A DNA stretch of 64,000 nt from Phoronis australis (Eukaryota > Animalia > Phoronida), in contig NMRA01000063.1 of assembly GCA_002633005.1 (NCBI GenBank), positions 739,391-803,390 of the forward strand, written 5' to 3'. Position 1 is the first letter of the stretch, and every line of letters starts with the position of its first letter. Positions 47,831 to 61,753 of this stretch are shown one piece after another. The notes under the pieces were generated by a model. The model saw only the letters and a list, made by a program, of their open reading frames with translations. It was not told the DNA's origin and ran no database searches. The translations under genes were made by a program, and so were the position numbers.

Positions 47831-50067
47831 TGTATCCACACACACATGCACAATATAGGCACTAAATGTCTAACTAAAATTGTATCCACACACACATGCA
47901 CAATATAGGCACTAAATGTCTAACTAAAATTGTATCCACACACACATGCACAATATAGGCACTAAATGTCTAACTAAAATTGTATCCACACACACATGCA
48001 CAATATAGGCACTAAATGTCTAACTAAAATTGTATCCACACACACATGCACAATATAGGCACTAAATGTCTAACTAAAATTGTATCCACACACACATGCA
48101 CAATATAGGCACTAAATGTCTAACTAAAATTGTATCCACACACACATGCACAATATAGGCACTAAATGTCTAACTAAAATTGTATCCACACACACATGCA
48201 CAATATAGGCACTAAATGTCTAACTAAAATTGTATCCACACACACATGCACAATATAGGCACTAAATGTCTAACTAAAATTGTATCCACACACACATGCA
48301 CAATATAGGCACTAAATGTCTAACTAAAATTGTATCCACACACACATGCACAATATAGGCACTAAATGTCTAACTAAAATTGTATCCACACACACATGCA
48401 CAATATAGGCACTAAATGTCTAACTAAAATTGTATCCACACACACATGCACAATATAGGCACTAAATGTCTAACTAAAATTGTATCCACACACACATGCA
48501 CAATATAGGCACTAAATGTCTAACTAAAATTGTATCCACACACACATGCACAATATAGGCACTAAATGTCTAACTAAAATTGTATCCACACACACATGCA
48601 CAATATAGGCACTAAATGTCTAACTAAAATTGTATCCACACACACATGCACAATATAGGCACTAAATGTCTAACTAAAATTGTATCCACACACACATGCA
48701 CAATATAGGCACTAAATGTCTAACTAAAATTGTATCCACACACACATGCACAATATAGGCACTAAATGTCTAACTAAAATTGTATCCACACACACATGCA
48801 CAATATAGGCACTAAATGTCTAACTAAAATTGTATCCACACACACATGCACAATATAGGCACTAAATGTCTAACTAAAATTGTATCCACACACACATGCA
48901 CAATATAGGCACTAAATGTCTAACTAAAATTGTATCCACACACACATGCACAATATAGGCACTAAATGTCTAACTAAAATTGTATCCACACACACATGCA
49001 CAATATAGGCACTAAATGTCTAACTAAAATTGTATCCACACACACATGCACAATATAGGCACTAAATGTCTAACTAAAATTGTATCCACACACACATGCA
49101 CAATATAGGCACTAAATGTCTAACTAAAATTGTATCCACACACACATGCACAATATAGGCACTAAATGTCTAACTAAAATTGTATCCACACACACATGCA
49201 CAATATAGGCACTAAATGTCTAACTAAAATTGTATCCACACACACATGCACAATATAGGCACTAAATGTCTAACTAAAATTGTATCCACACACACATGCA
49301 CAATATAGGCACTAAATGTCTAACTAAAATTGTATCCACACACACATGCACAATATAGGCACTAAATGTCTAACTAAAATTGTATCCACACACACATGCA
49401 CAATATAGGCACTAAATGTCTAACTAAAATTGTATCCACACACACATGCACAATATAGGCACTAAATGTCTAACTAAAATTGTATCCACACACACATGCA
49501 CAATATAGGCACTAAATGTCTAACTAAAATTGTATCCACACACACATGCACAATATAGGCACTAAATGTCTAACTAAAATTGTATCCACACACACATGCA
49601 CAATATAGGCACTAAATGTCTAACTAAAATTGTATCCACACACACATGCACAATATAGGCACTAAATGTCTAACTAAAATTGTATCCACACACACATGCA
49701 CAATATAGGCACTAAATGTCTAACTAAAATTGTATCCACACACACATGCACAATATAGGCACTAAATGTCTAACTAAAATTGTATCCACACACACATGCA
49801 CAATATAGGCACTAAATGTCTAACTAAAATTGTATCCACACACACATGCACAATATAGGCACTAAATGTCTAACTAAAATTGTATCCACACACACATGCA
49901 CAATATAGGCACTAAATGTCTAACTAAAATTGTATCCACACACACATGCACAATATAGGCACTAAATGTCTAACTAAAATTGTATCCACACACACATGCA
50001 CAATATAGGCACTAAATGTCTAACTAAAATTGTATCCACACACACATGCACAATATAGGCACTAAAT
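47831..50067. repeat. 50-bp satellite, ~45 apparently identical copies, ending at an N
   Basis: Unit tgtatccacacacacatgcacaatataggcactaaatgtctaactaaaat. Confidence 0.99.
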
Positions 50068-50068
50068 N

Positions 50069-50206
50069 TCTGATTTTCCTTCTTTCATACCCCATCATCT
50101 TGAACAAGTGGCCATGTCTGATTTTCCTTCTTTCATACCCCATCATCTTGAACAAGTGGCCATGTCTGATTTGTCTTCTTTCATACCCCATCATCATGAA
50201 CAAGTG
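50069..50206. repeat. 48-bp tandem repeat, ~3 copies
   Basis: tctgattttccttctttcataccccatcatcttgaacaagtggccatg. Confidence 0.9.
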
Positions 50207-50970
50207 ACATGAAGAACTTTAAAGACGCTAACAAGTTGCTGTTCTGCATAGCACAAACAAAATAGAAGTGTGGACGGAAACTTTGCCAAACTGAACAGCT
50301 GCATTTTTAAAATAATTGTATTGACCGGAAAGCAGCCAATCTAAGGGAATTCGGTATCGTCACGAGCCAAAAGATCAAATGTGAAGAGTACTTCCACATC
50401 TTGTTATTCAAAACTGGTTGCATTGTCCATAATCCAATGTTCAATATTACCGCTCCCCTTCAACCTTTGAATTAGTAGTGTTCAACCAAAGTGAACTCAG
50501 TGACACACTAAAACTGGGTTAATTCATTTCACTCTGTGCCGAGACGAATACGGCATCGACACGCAACGTGATATTAACCTGACAACCTAATACAACCGTG
50601 TCGGCTGATAGCCGGTTGGCAATCAAGGTCGGCAGTAGAGTCAGCTGGGGCGGTCGCCTTACAAGTTGTCATTGAGGCCGGCTGTCAGTCAGCTAAAAAT
50701 TAACCAACCGGTCAGCAAAATAGCCGAATATTCTGCCAACCGGTCAACGACCGGTCATCGACTTCTACCCAACCGTTCGGACAAAAATTTGTGATGTGGC
50801 TATAAAAAAGCATTGCCATTTTACAATAACATTGCAGCTGACTTGATAAAATGGAGCCAAATGCTTAATCTGTATAAAGCAATTCACACAATCCAGTTTA
50901 CACAAACTAATTCACTGCAAATGCAAATCAACAAAGTCTACAATCTTAAAGAAATTCACACAATACAAAC

Positions 50971-51115
50971 CTTGTACAAGCTTAAATTGATAACCTTTGA
51001 GAGGAGTCTCAATGGCCTGACTGGCACCATTAGAGGATTTGAAGCGAATGTAGCCATTCAATAAGCCATCTTTAACATCGATGTAAGCTATATCAGCTGT
51101 TGCTGGGAGTACTAC
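50971..51115 (-). CDS. LARP7: LARP7 coding exon (xRRM core)
   Basis: VVLPATADIAYIDVKDGLLNGYIRFKSSNGASQAIETPLKGYQFKLVQ(G); AY(I/V)D..G..RF signature; phases 0 and 1 fit. Confidence 0.92.
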
Positions 51116-51223
51116 CTGCAAAAAGAGATTGTTCTACTTCTCAGAATCTAAGCAATGTTAAACTATGATACAAAAATACACCCCTCCTCGTTAAAGGGAC
51201 TTAAAATATATTTGACTGTTTAA

Positions 51224-51465
51224 AAAAATAATAATTGCAGGCTGTCTGATACACGTTACACCAGACGTGCACAGGCCGCGCATGTGGGCCCATTGCACTG
51301 ATCACCTGGAACCATTTTTATGCTTTATTAATATTTAGTTAAAGCCGAGCTGAGGAGCTAGAAACCTGACTCAAGGATTTAGCAGTGTGACCCAGTGGGA
51401 CTCCAACCCACGACCTCGAATAAAGAAAGCAGACACCTATCACACTAGAACACACTGCCTCCTCA
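51224..51465 (-). mobile_element. tRNA-derived SINE with ~32-bp TSD
   Basis: Minus-strand head with degenerate A box (TGTTCTAGTGTG) and B box (GGTTGGAGTCC), (ATT)n/T tail; flanks 51192-51223 and 51466-51497 are direct repeats. Confidence 0.75.
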
Positions 51466-52270
51466 TAAAGGGACTTAAAATATGTTTGAATGTTTAAGTT
51501 AGGTAGAAGTCTAGAAAGATGTCCAAATTTGCCTAGCTATGAAATATTATATCTCAGAAATGGCTGATCAAATTCATACGAAATTTTCAGATCTTCAGAT
51601 TTATAGACAGTTCTCCAAAACTCAGCTTGGAATGGTTGTTACAGGTTCTACTTTAATTGAACAAGTAGGTATCAAAAAAGAAGACATCCTATTTATCAAA
51701 AAATTCTAAGTCTGCATAAAACTAAAACCAGATAGTTTAGAAAGCCGTAACAACATTTTTGTCACACAATAGTGGGTCATGTTTTTGATACTGTAGTTTC
51801 GCTATTAAATCAATGTGCCATTATTTCTTCTTGAAGTCCACAAGGTCATGACCCAATTACTGGCAGATTAGTATAAAGCAAAAAATCAAAATTCTACAGG
51901 CTTTTATTTTCAGATAATACACAATACTTTCACAGAGTAAAAAATACACAAAGATAAGTAAGGTCCAGATTATGAAAGAAAGCAGAGCTTACTGTAGAAA
52001 CCAAAGAACTGGTCATATCATAGCAGTTACTGTGTATATCCATATGCAATAATTACATTGCATCAGTAAAACTGTTGCCTTACTGGTTACAAGGTCTAAT
52101 GGATTTTTGACAAGTGAGGTTGCTGTCCAAGACAACTCCTAATAGTTTATCCTTCTTGGAAAAATTAGTTTCACTCCATTTAGAACAAGAAGGCCAACAT
52201 TAAATTTCCTTTTATGGCTAAACAGCACAGTTTACTGAATGCTTTGAAAGGCTCACTCAGTAGCAATGTC

Positions 52271-52712
52271 ATAGCACATTGAGCCCAGCACCTCATCCAT
52301 AACAGTACATTGAGCCCAGCACCTCATCCATTATAGCACACCGAGTCCAGCACCTCATCCATTATAGCACACCGAGTCCCAACACTTCATCCAGTATAGC
52401 ACACCGAGTCCAGCACCTCATCCATTACAGCACACTGAGTCCAGCACCTCAACCTCATCCATTATAGCACATTGAGCCCAGGACATCATCCATTATAGTA
52501 CATTGAGTCCAGCACCTTAGCCATTATAGTGCACTGAGTCCAGCATCTCATCCATTATAGAACAATGAGCCCAGCACCTCATCTATTACAGCGCATTGAG
52601 TCCAGCACCTCATCCATTATAGCACATTGAGCCCAAGACCTCATCCATTATAGTACATTGAGTCCAACACCTCATCCATAATAGCGCATTGAAACCAGGA
52701 CCTCACCCATTA
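52271..52712. repeat. Degenerate ~31-bp minisatellite, ~14 copies
   Basis: atagcacattgagYccagcacctcatccatt. Confidence 0.92.
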
Positions 52713-52966
52713 CCGCTGGTGATTAGTTGGCTAAGTCATCAGCATCTGCCTTCTTGTAAAATTTCTCTCTTTCATTTTAAAAGAAGAGAGTTCAAGGTTC
52801 AAAAGAGGGAGAGGCAGAATACCTCTTTGGTGAATCAACTCATCAAGTGTCGTATAACCAACAGTGGTTCATCGAAAAATGAAATCTGGTACAAGATAAC
52901 ATTCAATTTTGACTCCAATAAAATTTCCCACCTTTAAACAAGATTTGGAAGCAACATTAAACCCAC

Positions 52967-53070
52967 CTTAAGCTGGTTTCTGGTCATAGGCTCATCTGAG
53001 GTCACGTGTACTATTACACCTGGCACAAAGTCTAGTAGCGACTGTTTTTTAGTTTCCCCTTCAGATATTT
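52967..53070 (-). CDS. LARP7: LARP7 coding exon (start of xRRM)
   Basis: (K)ISEGETKKQSLLDFVPGVIVHVTSDEPMTRNQLK; F.SGVIV-type motif; phases 1 and 0 fit. Confidence 0.9.
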
Positions 53071-53348
53071 CTGAAATGAGATGAGTCTTAAAACTGCATT
53101 ACCCATACCACATGTACACATGAGGGCAAACACCAAGCTAGCATTTGTGAATGCTCAAAAGGACTGTCACTGACTAAGAAACACGTACAGACTCTATGGT
53201 TTAATCTACAGGACTCCTTGGTGTGTACAATTCATAACCAGATGGCAAGCAGCAAATTATAGGAAACAATTTGCTTGCAGTGAACCCAACTGACTGAATG
53301 ATTAACAAAACTTTACAGCCTCTTTGTGAAAATCGACAACAAACTCAC

Positions 53349-53449
53349 TGTCTTTCTGCTTCTTCAGTTCCGACAACGATCTTTTCAAAGCAGCCATGTT
53401 GGATTTTTGTAGAGCAAGATATTCTTTTTTCAACTCAAGCCACTGGCTC
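53349..53449 (-). CDS. LARP7: LARP7 coding exon
   Basis: (K)SQWLELKKEYLALQKSNMAALKRSLSELKKQKD, matching W..LKKEYLALQK..MA.LK. Confidence 0.93.
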
Positions 53450-53599
53450 CTGAAATACAACAAAAATATAAATTGTATGCATCTATTCATGACGTGAAAC
53501 AGCTTAAAATGACAACTTTTTAACAAACATTTTGTAACATATTTTTCTAAATGGCATCAGTTGACTACATTAGCAGTGAAAGGTGGGTTACCAGTGGAC

Positions 53600-53769
53600 A
53601 CAGGTATGCCTTCCAAACTCACAGGTATGCCTTCCAAGCGCACAGGTATGCCTTCCAAACTCACAGGTATGCCTTCCAAGCGCACAGGTATGCCTTCCAA
53701 ACTCACAGGTATGCCTTCCAAACTCACAGGTATGCCTTCCAAGCTCACAGGTATGCCTTCCAAGCTCAT
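53600..53769. repeat. 21-bp tandem repeat, 8 copies
   Basis: cacaggtatgccttccaaRcK. Confidence 0.95.
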
Positions 53770-55740
53770 AACCAACTTAGTGTCTTACCTGTCTTATCAA
53801 TAAGAGTACAATCAATTGAGAATTCAACGAAACTTTAACATTTAAGAGCGCCATTGTTTATGGTTGCATTCACTGTACTTGTCCAGGTTAACACCCATGT
53901 TTGGATTACTGCACACCCCAGAATTTCCAAACGTTCAACTTTTAATTGCCCACACACTCGCCTTACTGCCGATTCTCAATTTATACAATTGTAATCTTGA
54001 GAATGCTCATCTCATAAGAATTTTATTTCCCAAAACAGACACAGTTTGCTCGATTTTAGTAGAACCTTGCCTTAATTGAGCAGGAAACTACCCATGCTCT
54101 CCTGCTCTCTAATGAAAGAGACAAGGAAAGGTTCTTTTGGTTTGTGCTTATTGCACTCAATAAAAATCTACCTCAATTGGTTGCACTCATGTGCAAGAGA
54201 CGGTGCATGGCCAGTTCATCACATGTGCGACATGTTTCCATCAGAAAACTTAAATAAAAGCTGTGTAAAAAGTTTGGTTACGCTGCTGAACTAAGCACAG
54301 TCACACTTCTGGATGATGAGGTTCCTACAGTATTATCTGTAATACACCAATATATTACTTAACTCTTGCACCCCATGTTTGATATCTGTCTAGTAGGTAT
54401 CTCTATGTTAACCTGATCAACTGCTCATGAAAGCGTTCATCGCCATTATATTAACGTTTGGTTTATAAATACCCATGCTCTGCTGCACCCCCTCAAGTGG
54501 GTTTGGTTTATAAATACCCATGCTCTGTCGCACCCCCTCAAGTGGGAATTCCCAGTTTAATCCCCATGAGCAGTCACATGGACAAGTGCAGTGTAACATC
54601 ACACACCTGACCAAGAGCAACACAGAGCATGGATTTGTGACCACCACATGCATTGCAAATTGCAAAGCTATAAGGAGTGTTCATTTTTAATAAGCGTGAG
54701 CCTATGGGGTGAATTACTGGCCATTCAAAAATTGGCAAATGCAATCCTGGCTGATATTATTAAGATTGCTGAAAGCATTATCAAAATTACAATTAAAGGT
54801 ACTGCAGCAGTCGGCGCCTTTCAATAATGAACGCAAGCCATGCTCACCATAAGAGAGATTCATTTGCCAATGACTCTTCAAGCACAGGCAAATAGAGAGG
54901 CGGACACCAAAAGCAATTAGAATTAATAAAAATGTCACTAGGGGTCACTGCACAAATTCTAACTGTACAAAAATGGCAAGTGCAGTTCTCTCCTGGACAA
55001 AATCTTATCTGCCAAATGTCATGAAGAGCAAAACTTGGTTGTTGCTGAAGGAATGGTCAACTGAAAAAATTAAAACTGGCACTGAGGAACGCAGAAGAGT
55101 CAAAACTGCCCTAAAATCAATGCCTGCCTGTTCTCCATCCTTAGAAACACATTCGCCAAATTTCATAACAATTCTTCCATAAATAGTAAATACAACTGAA
55201 GTGGTATTTAAACCTGTTGTTTTGGAAAAACAAATTTTAAATAGACCACTTGAGACTATGGAATTGGCCTCAAATTGTTCCTTAGTCAAAGTTGGTGATT
55301 TCTAACTAACAGTTATTTCTCCAGAATGAGCTCATAAAATTATAAACTTGGTGTGCAGCAGTAATGACTGAGCCCAGAAACCACTTCTAAACTGTGTAAG
55401 GAACAAGACAAGACCAATATCTGAATGAAAACTTGTTTTTGACAGAAAGCACAGGTTTGATGGCACACCAAACTCCCATGAAAATCTAATTTAGTCATGC
55501 TAGCATTGGAAACTTCAAACTGAAACAAAACAATCTCTGACGATGAATCACCCCATTAAAGCAATCAGTGAACTATATTCAAAGTTTTAAAGGTAATTAA
55601 TAATTGTCCACATCAAAAAAATCAAACCAAAAGGTTCCAGCCCATCACATGACAAGCAAATGCTGTCAAAGATGGCACTTCCATTCAAAATAAGAGCACA
55701 TGGGAACTGCATAGGGAAAATGACTTTTAACATGTCTTAC

Positions 55741-56374
55741 TTAGGTATAATCCTGAACTCATGCAAGACGTTCTTAACTTTCATGTCTTTCTGCTTCCGT
55801 TTCTTCTTCTGCTTTCTCTTCTTTTTCTTGGCCATTTGGACACCATCAATTTCAGAATCAGTAGCTTCTTTCTCCTCAAACTTCACCTTTTTTACAGCAG
55901 CAGCAACAGATGTACTTTCACTAGAATCAACACTTAATTTCCTTTTCCTCTTCAACAAACCTGGGTTTTCTTTACGAATTGTTTCACCGTCATTAGTTTG
56001 AATGTTCTTTCCACCATCACCAACATCAGACACGTCAGTAGAAACAGATACAGACTCATTGGAATCAGCATGTGTTTTACTTTTCTTTTTCAACAAACTA
56101 TGAGGTGCTTCATAACTGGTGTCACTGTCGTTTGTAGATGCAGCAGTTTTAAATTTCTTTCCACCTTCACAGGTATCAACAGTGGCTTCTATTTGTTTAC
56201 GTTTCTTACCCTTTTTGGACGATTTGGCTGCAGTTGCACTAGACTTTTGGTTTAGTTCTAAAGCTGAATTTTCACCTTTGTCCAGAGTTTGGCCTTCTGG
56301 GGGTTTTGATATCTTGGCAGATTGTTCTGAACTTATGTCTTTGTCAGTGGAAGCCAGCATCGTCAGATCTTTTT
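55741..56374 (-). CDS. LARP7: LARP7 coding exon (long Lys/Ser/acidic linker with NLS-like clusters)
   Basis: ttttag|AA...AA|gtaaga; 634 bp, phases 1 and 2 fit; ends KKKKRKQKKKRK..FRIIP(K), preceding the conserved W..LKKEY exon. Confidence 0.85.
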
Positions 56375-56535
56375 CTAAAAGGTAAAAATATTCAAAATTA
56401 TTTAACAGAAACACTGATCTTCACTGTATGATACAAAATACTACAAATGAACCTGTGTTCCAATGACAAACTTATGCCCGAGAACATCAACTTAGAAGCG
56501 CCTGTCAAAAATCACACCAATCAATTGTAACAACT

Positions 56536-57488
56536 GCCTAAAAATTTGAGCAAGTTAAAATTATTGTTGATATACAAGTACTTGAATATATAATAATATT
56601 TCGTGATCACAAAAAGCGTGAATAATCACACAACAACTTTATGCATTACGCTCAAATTTGTGCTGCTAAATGAACTTGTGATGAAAATTCTTTCCTTTTT
56701 TCAAAATCCAGTTTACGCTTATACAAGGCAATTGTATCACATAAGGTTGCAATATGATGGCCTCGTGACATCTTAATGAAACATGGTCAATAGTATTTAC
56801 AAGCAATTGAATCCAGTGCTAAAAATTCTTTCATTTTGAAGACACCAAACTACTTAATTTTACAAGAAAGCAACTGTTCACCACTGAGCCTGAAAATGGT
56901 AAGGCGTTGTAGTCTTCTTAATGCAAACCTATTTGTCGAATTTCATGAACATACATTAATGAGCTCCAAAGATACAGAGGCAAACGTAAACAAGAGCAAG
57001 GCGGAGCATTGNGCCTAAAAATTTGAGCAAGTTAAAATTATTGTTGATATACAAGTACTTGAATATATAATAATATTTCGTGATCACAAAAAGCGTGAAT
57101 AATCACACAACAACTTTATGCATTACGCTCGAATTTGTGCTGCTAAATGAACTTGTGATGAAAATTCTTTCCTTTTTTCAAAATCCAGTTTACGCTTATA
57201 CAATGCAATTGTGTCACATAAGGTTGCAATATGATGGCCTCGTGACATCTTAATGAAACATGGTCAATAGTATTTACAAGCAATTGAATCCAGTGCTAAA
57301 AATTCTTTCATTTTGAAGACACCAAACTACTTAATTTTACAAGAAAGCAACTGTTCACCACTGAGCCTGAAAATGGTAAGGCGTTGTAGTCTTCTTAATG
57401 CAAACCTATTTGTCGAATTTCATGAACATACATTAATGAGCTCCAAAGATACAGAGGCAAACGTAAACAAGAGCAAGGCGGAGCATTG
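56536..57488. other. ~476-bp tandem duplication joined by a single N (probable assembly overlap)
   Basis: 56536-57011 vs 57013-57488, few SNPs, N at 57012. Confidence 0.85.
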
Positions 57489-58550
57489 AATTGTGCCCAC
57501 AAATGCACCGCAAACAGTGTGTTCTAGGGTTGCTTATTTGTACCATAAAAATGGCCACTAGATGGCGAAAAATATGTCACATCCATCCGAAAATGGAAGC
57601 ATGCAATTGTTTCTTTAATAGAAAGCTATTTACCAAATTCCATAAATATTAGTCAAAGAACTTTAGAGAAACAAAGGAAAATGAAAAAATGAAATTGCCA
57701 CTAGGGGGATCAATCTTAGTCAAATCCGTCTGAAAGTCATTGTCTGTTGTTAGCTTCATATAAATACACTTACTAAAAGTTAACAAAGATCCGGCAGTGG
57801 GCTTAGGAGATACAGCTATGGGCACAAAACGAAACAAAACTGCCACTAGGAGGCACCACAGTAGTCGAAGTCATCATCGTGAACCGTCCTCTTCCCACTG
57901 AGAACATATACGCCTATTTTCAAAATCATCCTTAGAATGGTTTGGTTGATAGAGGGTGGACACCCAAAAACATACTCGAAAACATCAAAAACCGCCACTA
58001 AGTGGCACAAAATACCTCGAATTCATCCGAAAACAGGAGGATAGCGTCAACTCACCAATAGATGCTTATATTCCAAATTACATGAAAATTCGATGAGGAC
58101 CTTGAAGATACAGAGGCAAACGTCCAAAACCAAAAATTGCCACTAGGGACATGCCAGTAGTCGGATCTCTCCGAAAGTTCGCTCATGCTGTCCCATCCAT
58201 GAAAGGAACATGTGTTTCATGAACATACGTCAAAGGGTTTTGGAGATATAGCAGAGGACGGCAGACGGCGGATGGACGGAGGACAGACGCCAGACGGGAA
58301 TGATGGCATAATGCGTCCACATATAAGTATGTGAACGCATAAAAAACATTTGCCTACTAAGGGCCAGAGTGGTGCTCGGATCTGTTCAACACTCGTGGTA
58401 TCCAGATCAATCCAAAACTCATCGTCAACTGTCATCAACTTCATACAAACAAATCTTATAAATTTGAATAAGATCTTGCAAGGCGGTTTAGGAGATACAG
58501 CAGCAGACCCAAGACGCCCAGATAGACATGATGACAACATAAAAATGGTC
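57466..58550 (+). repeat. Near-complete copy of the ~145-bp-subunit complex repeat
   Basis: Starts AACAAGAGCAAGGCGGAGCATTG; motifs at 57555, 57698, 57843, 57995 and 58140; gacgg-rich segment then ..gcataaaaa. Confidence 0.85.
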
Positions 58551-58904
58551 ACAATGCAACAGTGGCTAAAATAATGTCAGATAGTGACCAGTTGTATGAC
58601 AAGGTAAACTACACCAACCAGTCCAAACTAATAGATAATGTGTACCATAAGTATGAAAACACAAAACTAAATGGATGACCTTTGCATTGCAGGCACACTT
58701 GGACCACATCTTACAGCATTATTCCCCACCATCGCAGTACTTATTAGACCTGAGCCTGTCATTTGCAGTGATCACTGAATGTCATTCAGCAACTTAAACA
58801 CCACATTATTTTATCTTTACATGATCGCATCTTGCCAGGCCAAATCATCACAGATAAACTACTGACAGACTTGAACACGGACTGGTAGCTTTAATGTAGA
58901 AGCC

Positions 58905-60098
58905 ATCATGAGTAAACTAGTATTAGGTATTCATTTACATCAATCATGAGTAAACTAGTATTAGGCATTCATTTACATCAATCATGAGTAAACTAGTATT
59001 AGGTATCATTTACATCAATCATGAGTAAACTAGTATTAGGTATTCATTTACATCAATCATGTGAGTAATCTAGTATTAGGTATTCATTTACTTCAATCAT
59101 GAGTAATCTAGCATTAGGTATTCATTTACATCAATCATGAGTAAACTAGTATTAGGTATTCATTTACATCAATCATGAGTAAACTAGTATTAGGTATTCA
59201 TTTACATCAATCATGAATAAACTAGTATTAGGTATTCATTTACATCAATCATGTGTAAACTAGTATTAGGTATTCATTTACATCAATCATGAGTAAACTA
59301 GTATTAGGTATTCATTTACATCAATCATGAGTAAACTAGTATTAGGTATTCATTTACATCAATCATGTGAGTAATCTAGTATTAGGTATTCATTTACTTC
59401 AATCATGAGTAATCTAGCATTAGGTATTCATTTACATCAATCATGAGTAAACTAGTATTAGGTATTCATTTACATCAATCATGAGTAAACTAGTATTAGG
59501 TATTCATTTACATCAATCATGAGAGAACTAGTATTAGGTATTCATTTACATCAATCATGTGAGTAATCTAGTATTAGGTATTCATTTACTTCAATCATGA
59601 GTAATCTAGCATTAGGTATTCATTTACATCAATCATGAGTAAACTAGTATTAGGTATTCATTTACATCAATCATGAATAATCTAGTATTAGGTATTCATT
59701 TACATCAATCATGAATAATCTAGTATTAGGTATTCATTTACATCAATCATGAATAATCTAGTATTAGGTATTCATTTACATCAATCATGAATAATCTAGT
59801 ATTAGGTATTCATTTACATCAATCATGAATAATCTAGTATTAGGTATTCATTTACATCAATCATGAATAATCTAGTATTAGGTATTCATTTACATCAATC
59901 ATGAATAATCTAGTATTAGGTATTCATTTACATCAATCATGAATAATCTAGTATTAGGTATTCATTTACATCAATCATGAATAATCTAGTATTAGGTATT
60001 CATTTACATCAATCATGAATAATCTAGTATTAGGTATTCATTTACATCAATCATATGAGTAATCTAGTATTAGGCATTCATTTACATCAATCATGAGT
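58905..60098. repeat. 38-bp minisatellite, ~31 copies
   Basis: aatcatgagtaaactagtattaggtattcatttacatc with blocks of variants. Confidence 0.97.
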
Positions 60099-60119
60099 AC
60101 TTGAGCACAACATAAATAC

Positions 60120-60216
60120 CTTGTTTCTGCAGTTGCCTTTGCATTGCTTTCATTTTCTTACTAGCTTTTGGAAATTTCCCAGGCTTTGTTGATTCAGATG
60201 AAGGTGGACTTAATTG
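60120..60216 (-). CDS. LARP7: LARP7 coding exon
   Basis: QLSPPSSESTKPGKFPKASKKMKAMQRQLQKQ, matching L..PP....KPG.FPK after RRM1; phases 0 and 1 fit. Confidence 0.9.
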
Positions 60217-61334
60217 CTAGAAAAGGGACAGCAGAACAATGGATGAATAAAATCAACTAATTTCATAACAAAGCAACACAACAACAACAACAACAATAAT
60301 AATACTACTAGTAATAATAATCACAATCTGATAATAGTATACGTTTCAGCAAGACAAACTAAAACACAGGCCCCTCGTTGCATGAATTGCAATGTGCTAC
60401 TGACAATTAACATTAACAATGCAGAGTTACCCATTGTGTGCATGGCAGACACATGCCATACTATTTTTTCAAAAACTTCCACACACGAGAGTGAGCAACA
60501 TCTAGTGACTTTAAAATCAAGTTAGATAGAAGATATGAAGACAACTAAAACGAAAATAATACTAGGGGGCACTGCAACAGTTGAAACAATCCAATAACTA
60601 TTGCAATTTATGCTAACTTTCATAGAAATTCATGACCATTCTTCAAGTTTTGGCAGATACAAAGAGAATTTTAGATGAACAAATTTGCGACTAGATGGCA
60701 GTTAAATGGCACAAGAGTAATCGGACTCCTCAGAAACTTCACGTGACTAGTCATCTTTTTGATAATTATTAGATTTCATAAAAATCCTTCAATAGGTGAC
60801 TTTCAAAATAGCTGCGCCATATTGAAATTCACTGATCCACCCTTCGGCAAACAGGCGTTTGGTGGACATGCAATCAGTGCCACCTACAGGTTCCATGTAA
60901 TGCATATGGGAACTTTCAACCTACTGGTATAAACAGCTTTTTAACATCTTTCCTGCAATTATAATGCCGGCAAATTTCCACTGCTGTGCAGTGGGATGCA
61001 CCAATGACATATGAAAAAGGACAAAGCCAGTGTTATAGGCTGATAAACCACAAAACTTTATTTGTGTCAAGAATCTATAATAAATTAGTGAAACTTAACT
61101 AATCAAACAATAGGGGGAGCTGACAGTAGAATGTACTCGTCTGCTTTTGTATTTATGAGCCACTATATAGTAATTTAACTTTTGTCCACCAAATCTGAGT
61201 CGGGATCAAGAGGTAGTCACTTTTGTGCTCTCATTACTCTAGAGAATGCCAAATGAAAAATTCCCTATTGTGAAGCAGACAGAGAAGTGGACAAGAAAAC
61301 ATTTGCAAAAAAATAAAAGCAACGTAAGGTACGT

Positions 61335-61590
61335 CAAATTGGCAGGTGACATCTCCTCTCCAGTATCGCAAATTAGCTGGTGGCAGCACCTCCCTGATGC
61401 ACCAAATTGGCAGACGGCACCACCTGTTGGCAGGTGGCATCACCTCGCTGGTATTCCAAATTGGTAGATGGCTGCACCTCCCTGGTACGCCAAATTGGCA
61501 GGTGGCAGCACCTCTCCGGTATGGCAAATTGGCAAGTGCCAGCAACTCCCCGATATGCTAAATTGGGAGGTGGCATCACCTCCCTCATTT
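61335..61590. repeat. Degenerate ~35-bp repeat (caaattggcaggtggcagcacctccc); stray copy near 62285-62325
   Basis: About 7 units. Confidence 0.85.
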
Positions 61591-61753
61591 CGCACTGGCT
61601 CTGAACTCACTTCACAAGGGTAGGTCAATAAGGATATTAGTGACCAGTGACACAGCTGGCAACTCGACCCAGGGTGATGACACCAACTGTATGCCAGCCC
61701 AAAGTGTTGTTTTTCAATACAACAATCTATGGATATGTAGGCATACCTTTGGC

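Larger units (their letters stand above)
46081..50798. mobile_element. Non-autonomous TIR element (CAC termini) hosting a satellite
   Basis: CACATCACTAATTTTTGTCCGA ... TCGGACAAAAATTTGTGATGTG; subterminal gccgac/gtcggc/gaccggtc motifs at both ends; TSD not resolved. Confidence 0.75.

Noticed and set aside
47831-50067. CRISPR-like array (also 4973-5362 and 58905-60098)
   Set aside because: Head-to-tail repeats with no unique spacers, no cas genes, eukaryotic context.
51380-51462. tRNA gene
   Set aside because: Degenerate A and B boxes, no proper cloverleaf, embedded in a TSD-flanked SINE.
53551-53838. Repetitive ORFs open in several frames (also 45083-45344 and 61234-61628)
   Set aside because: Translations of intronic minisatellites.
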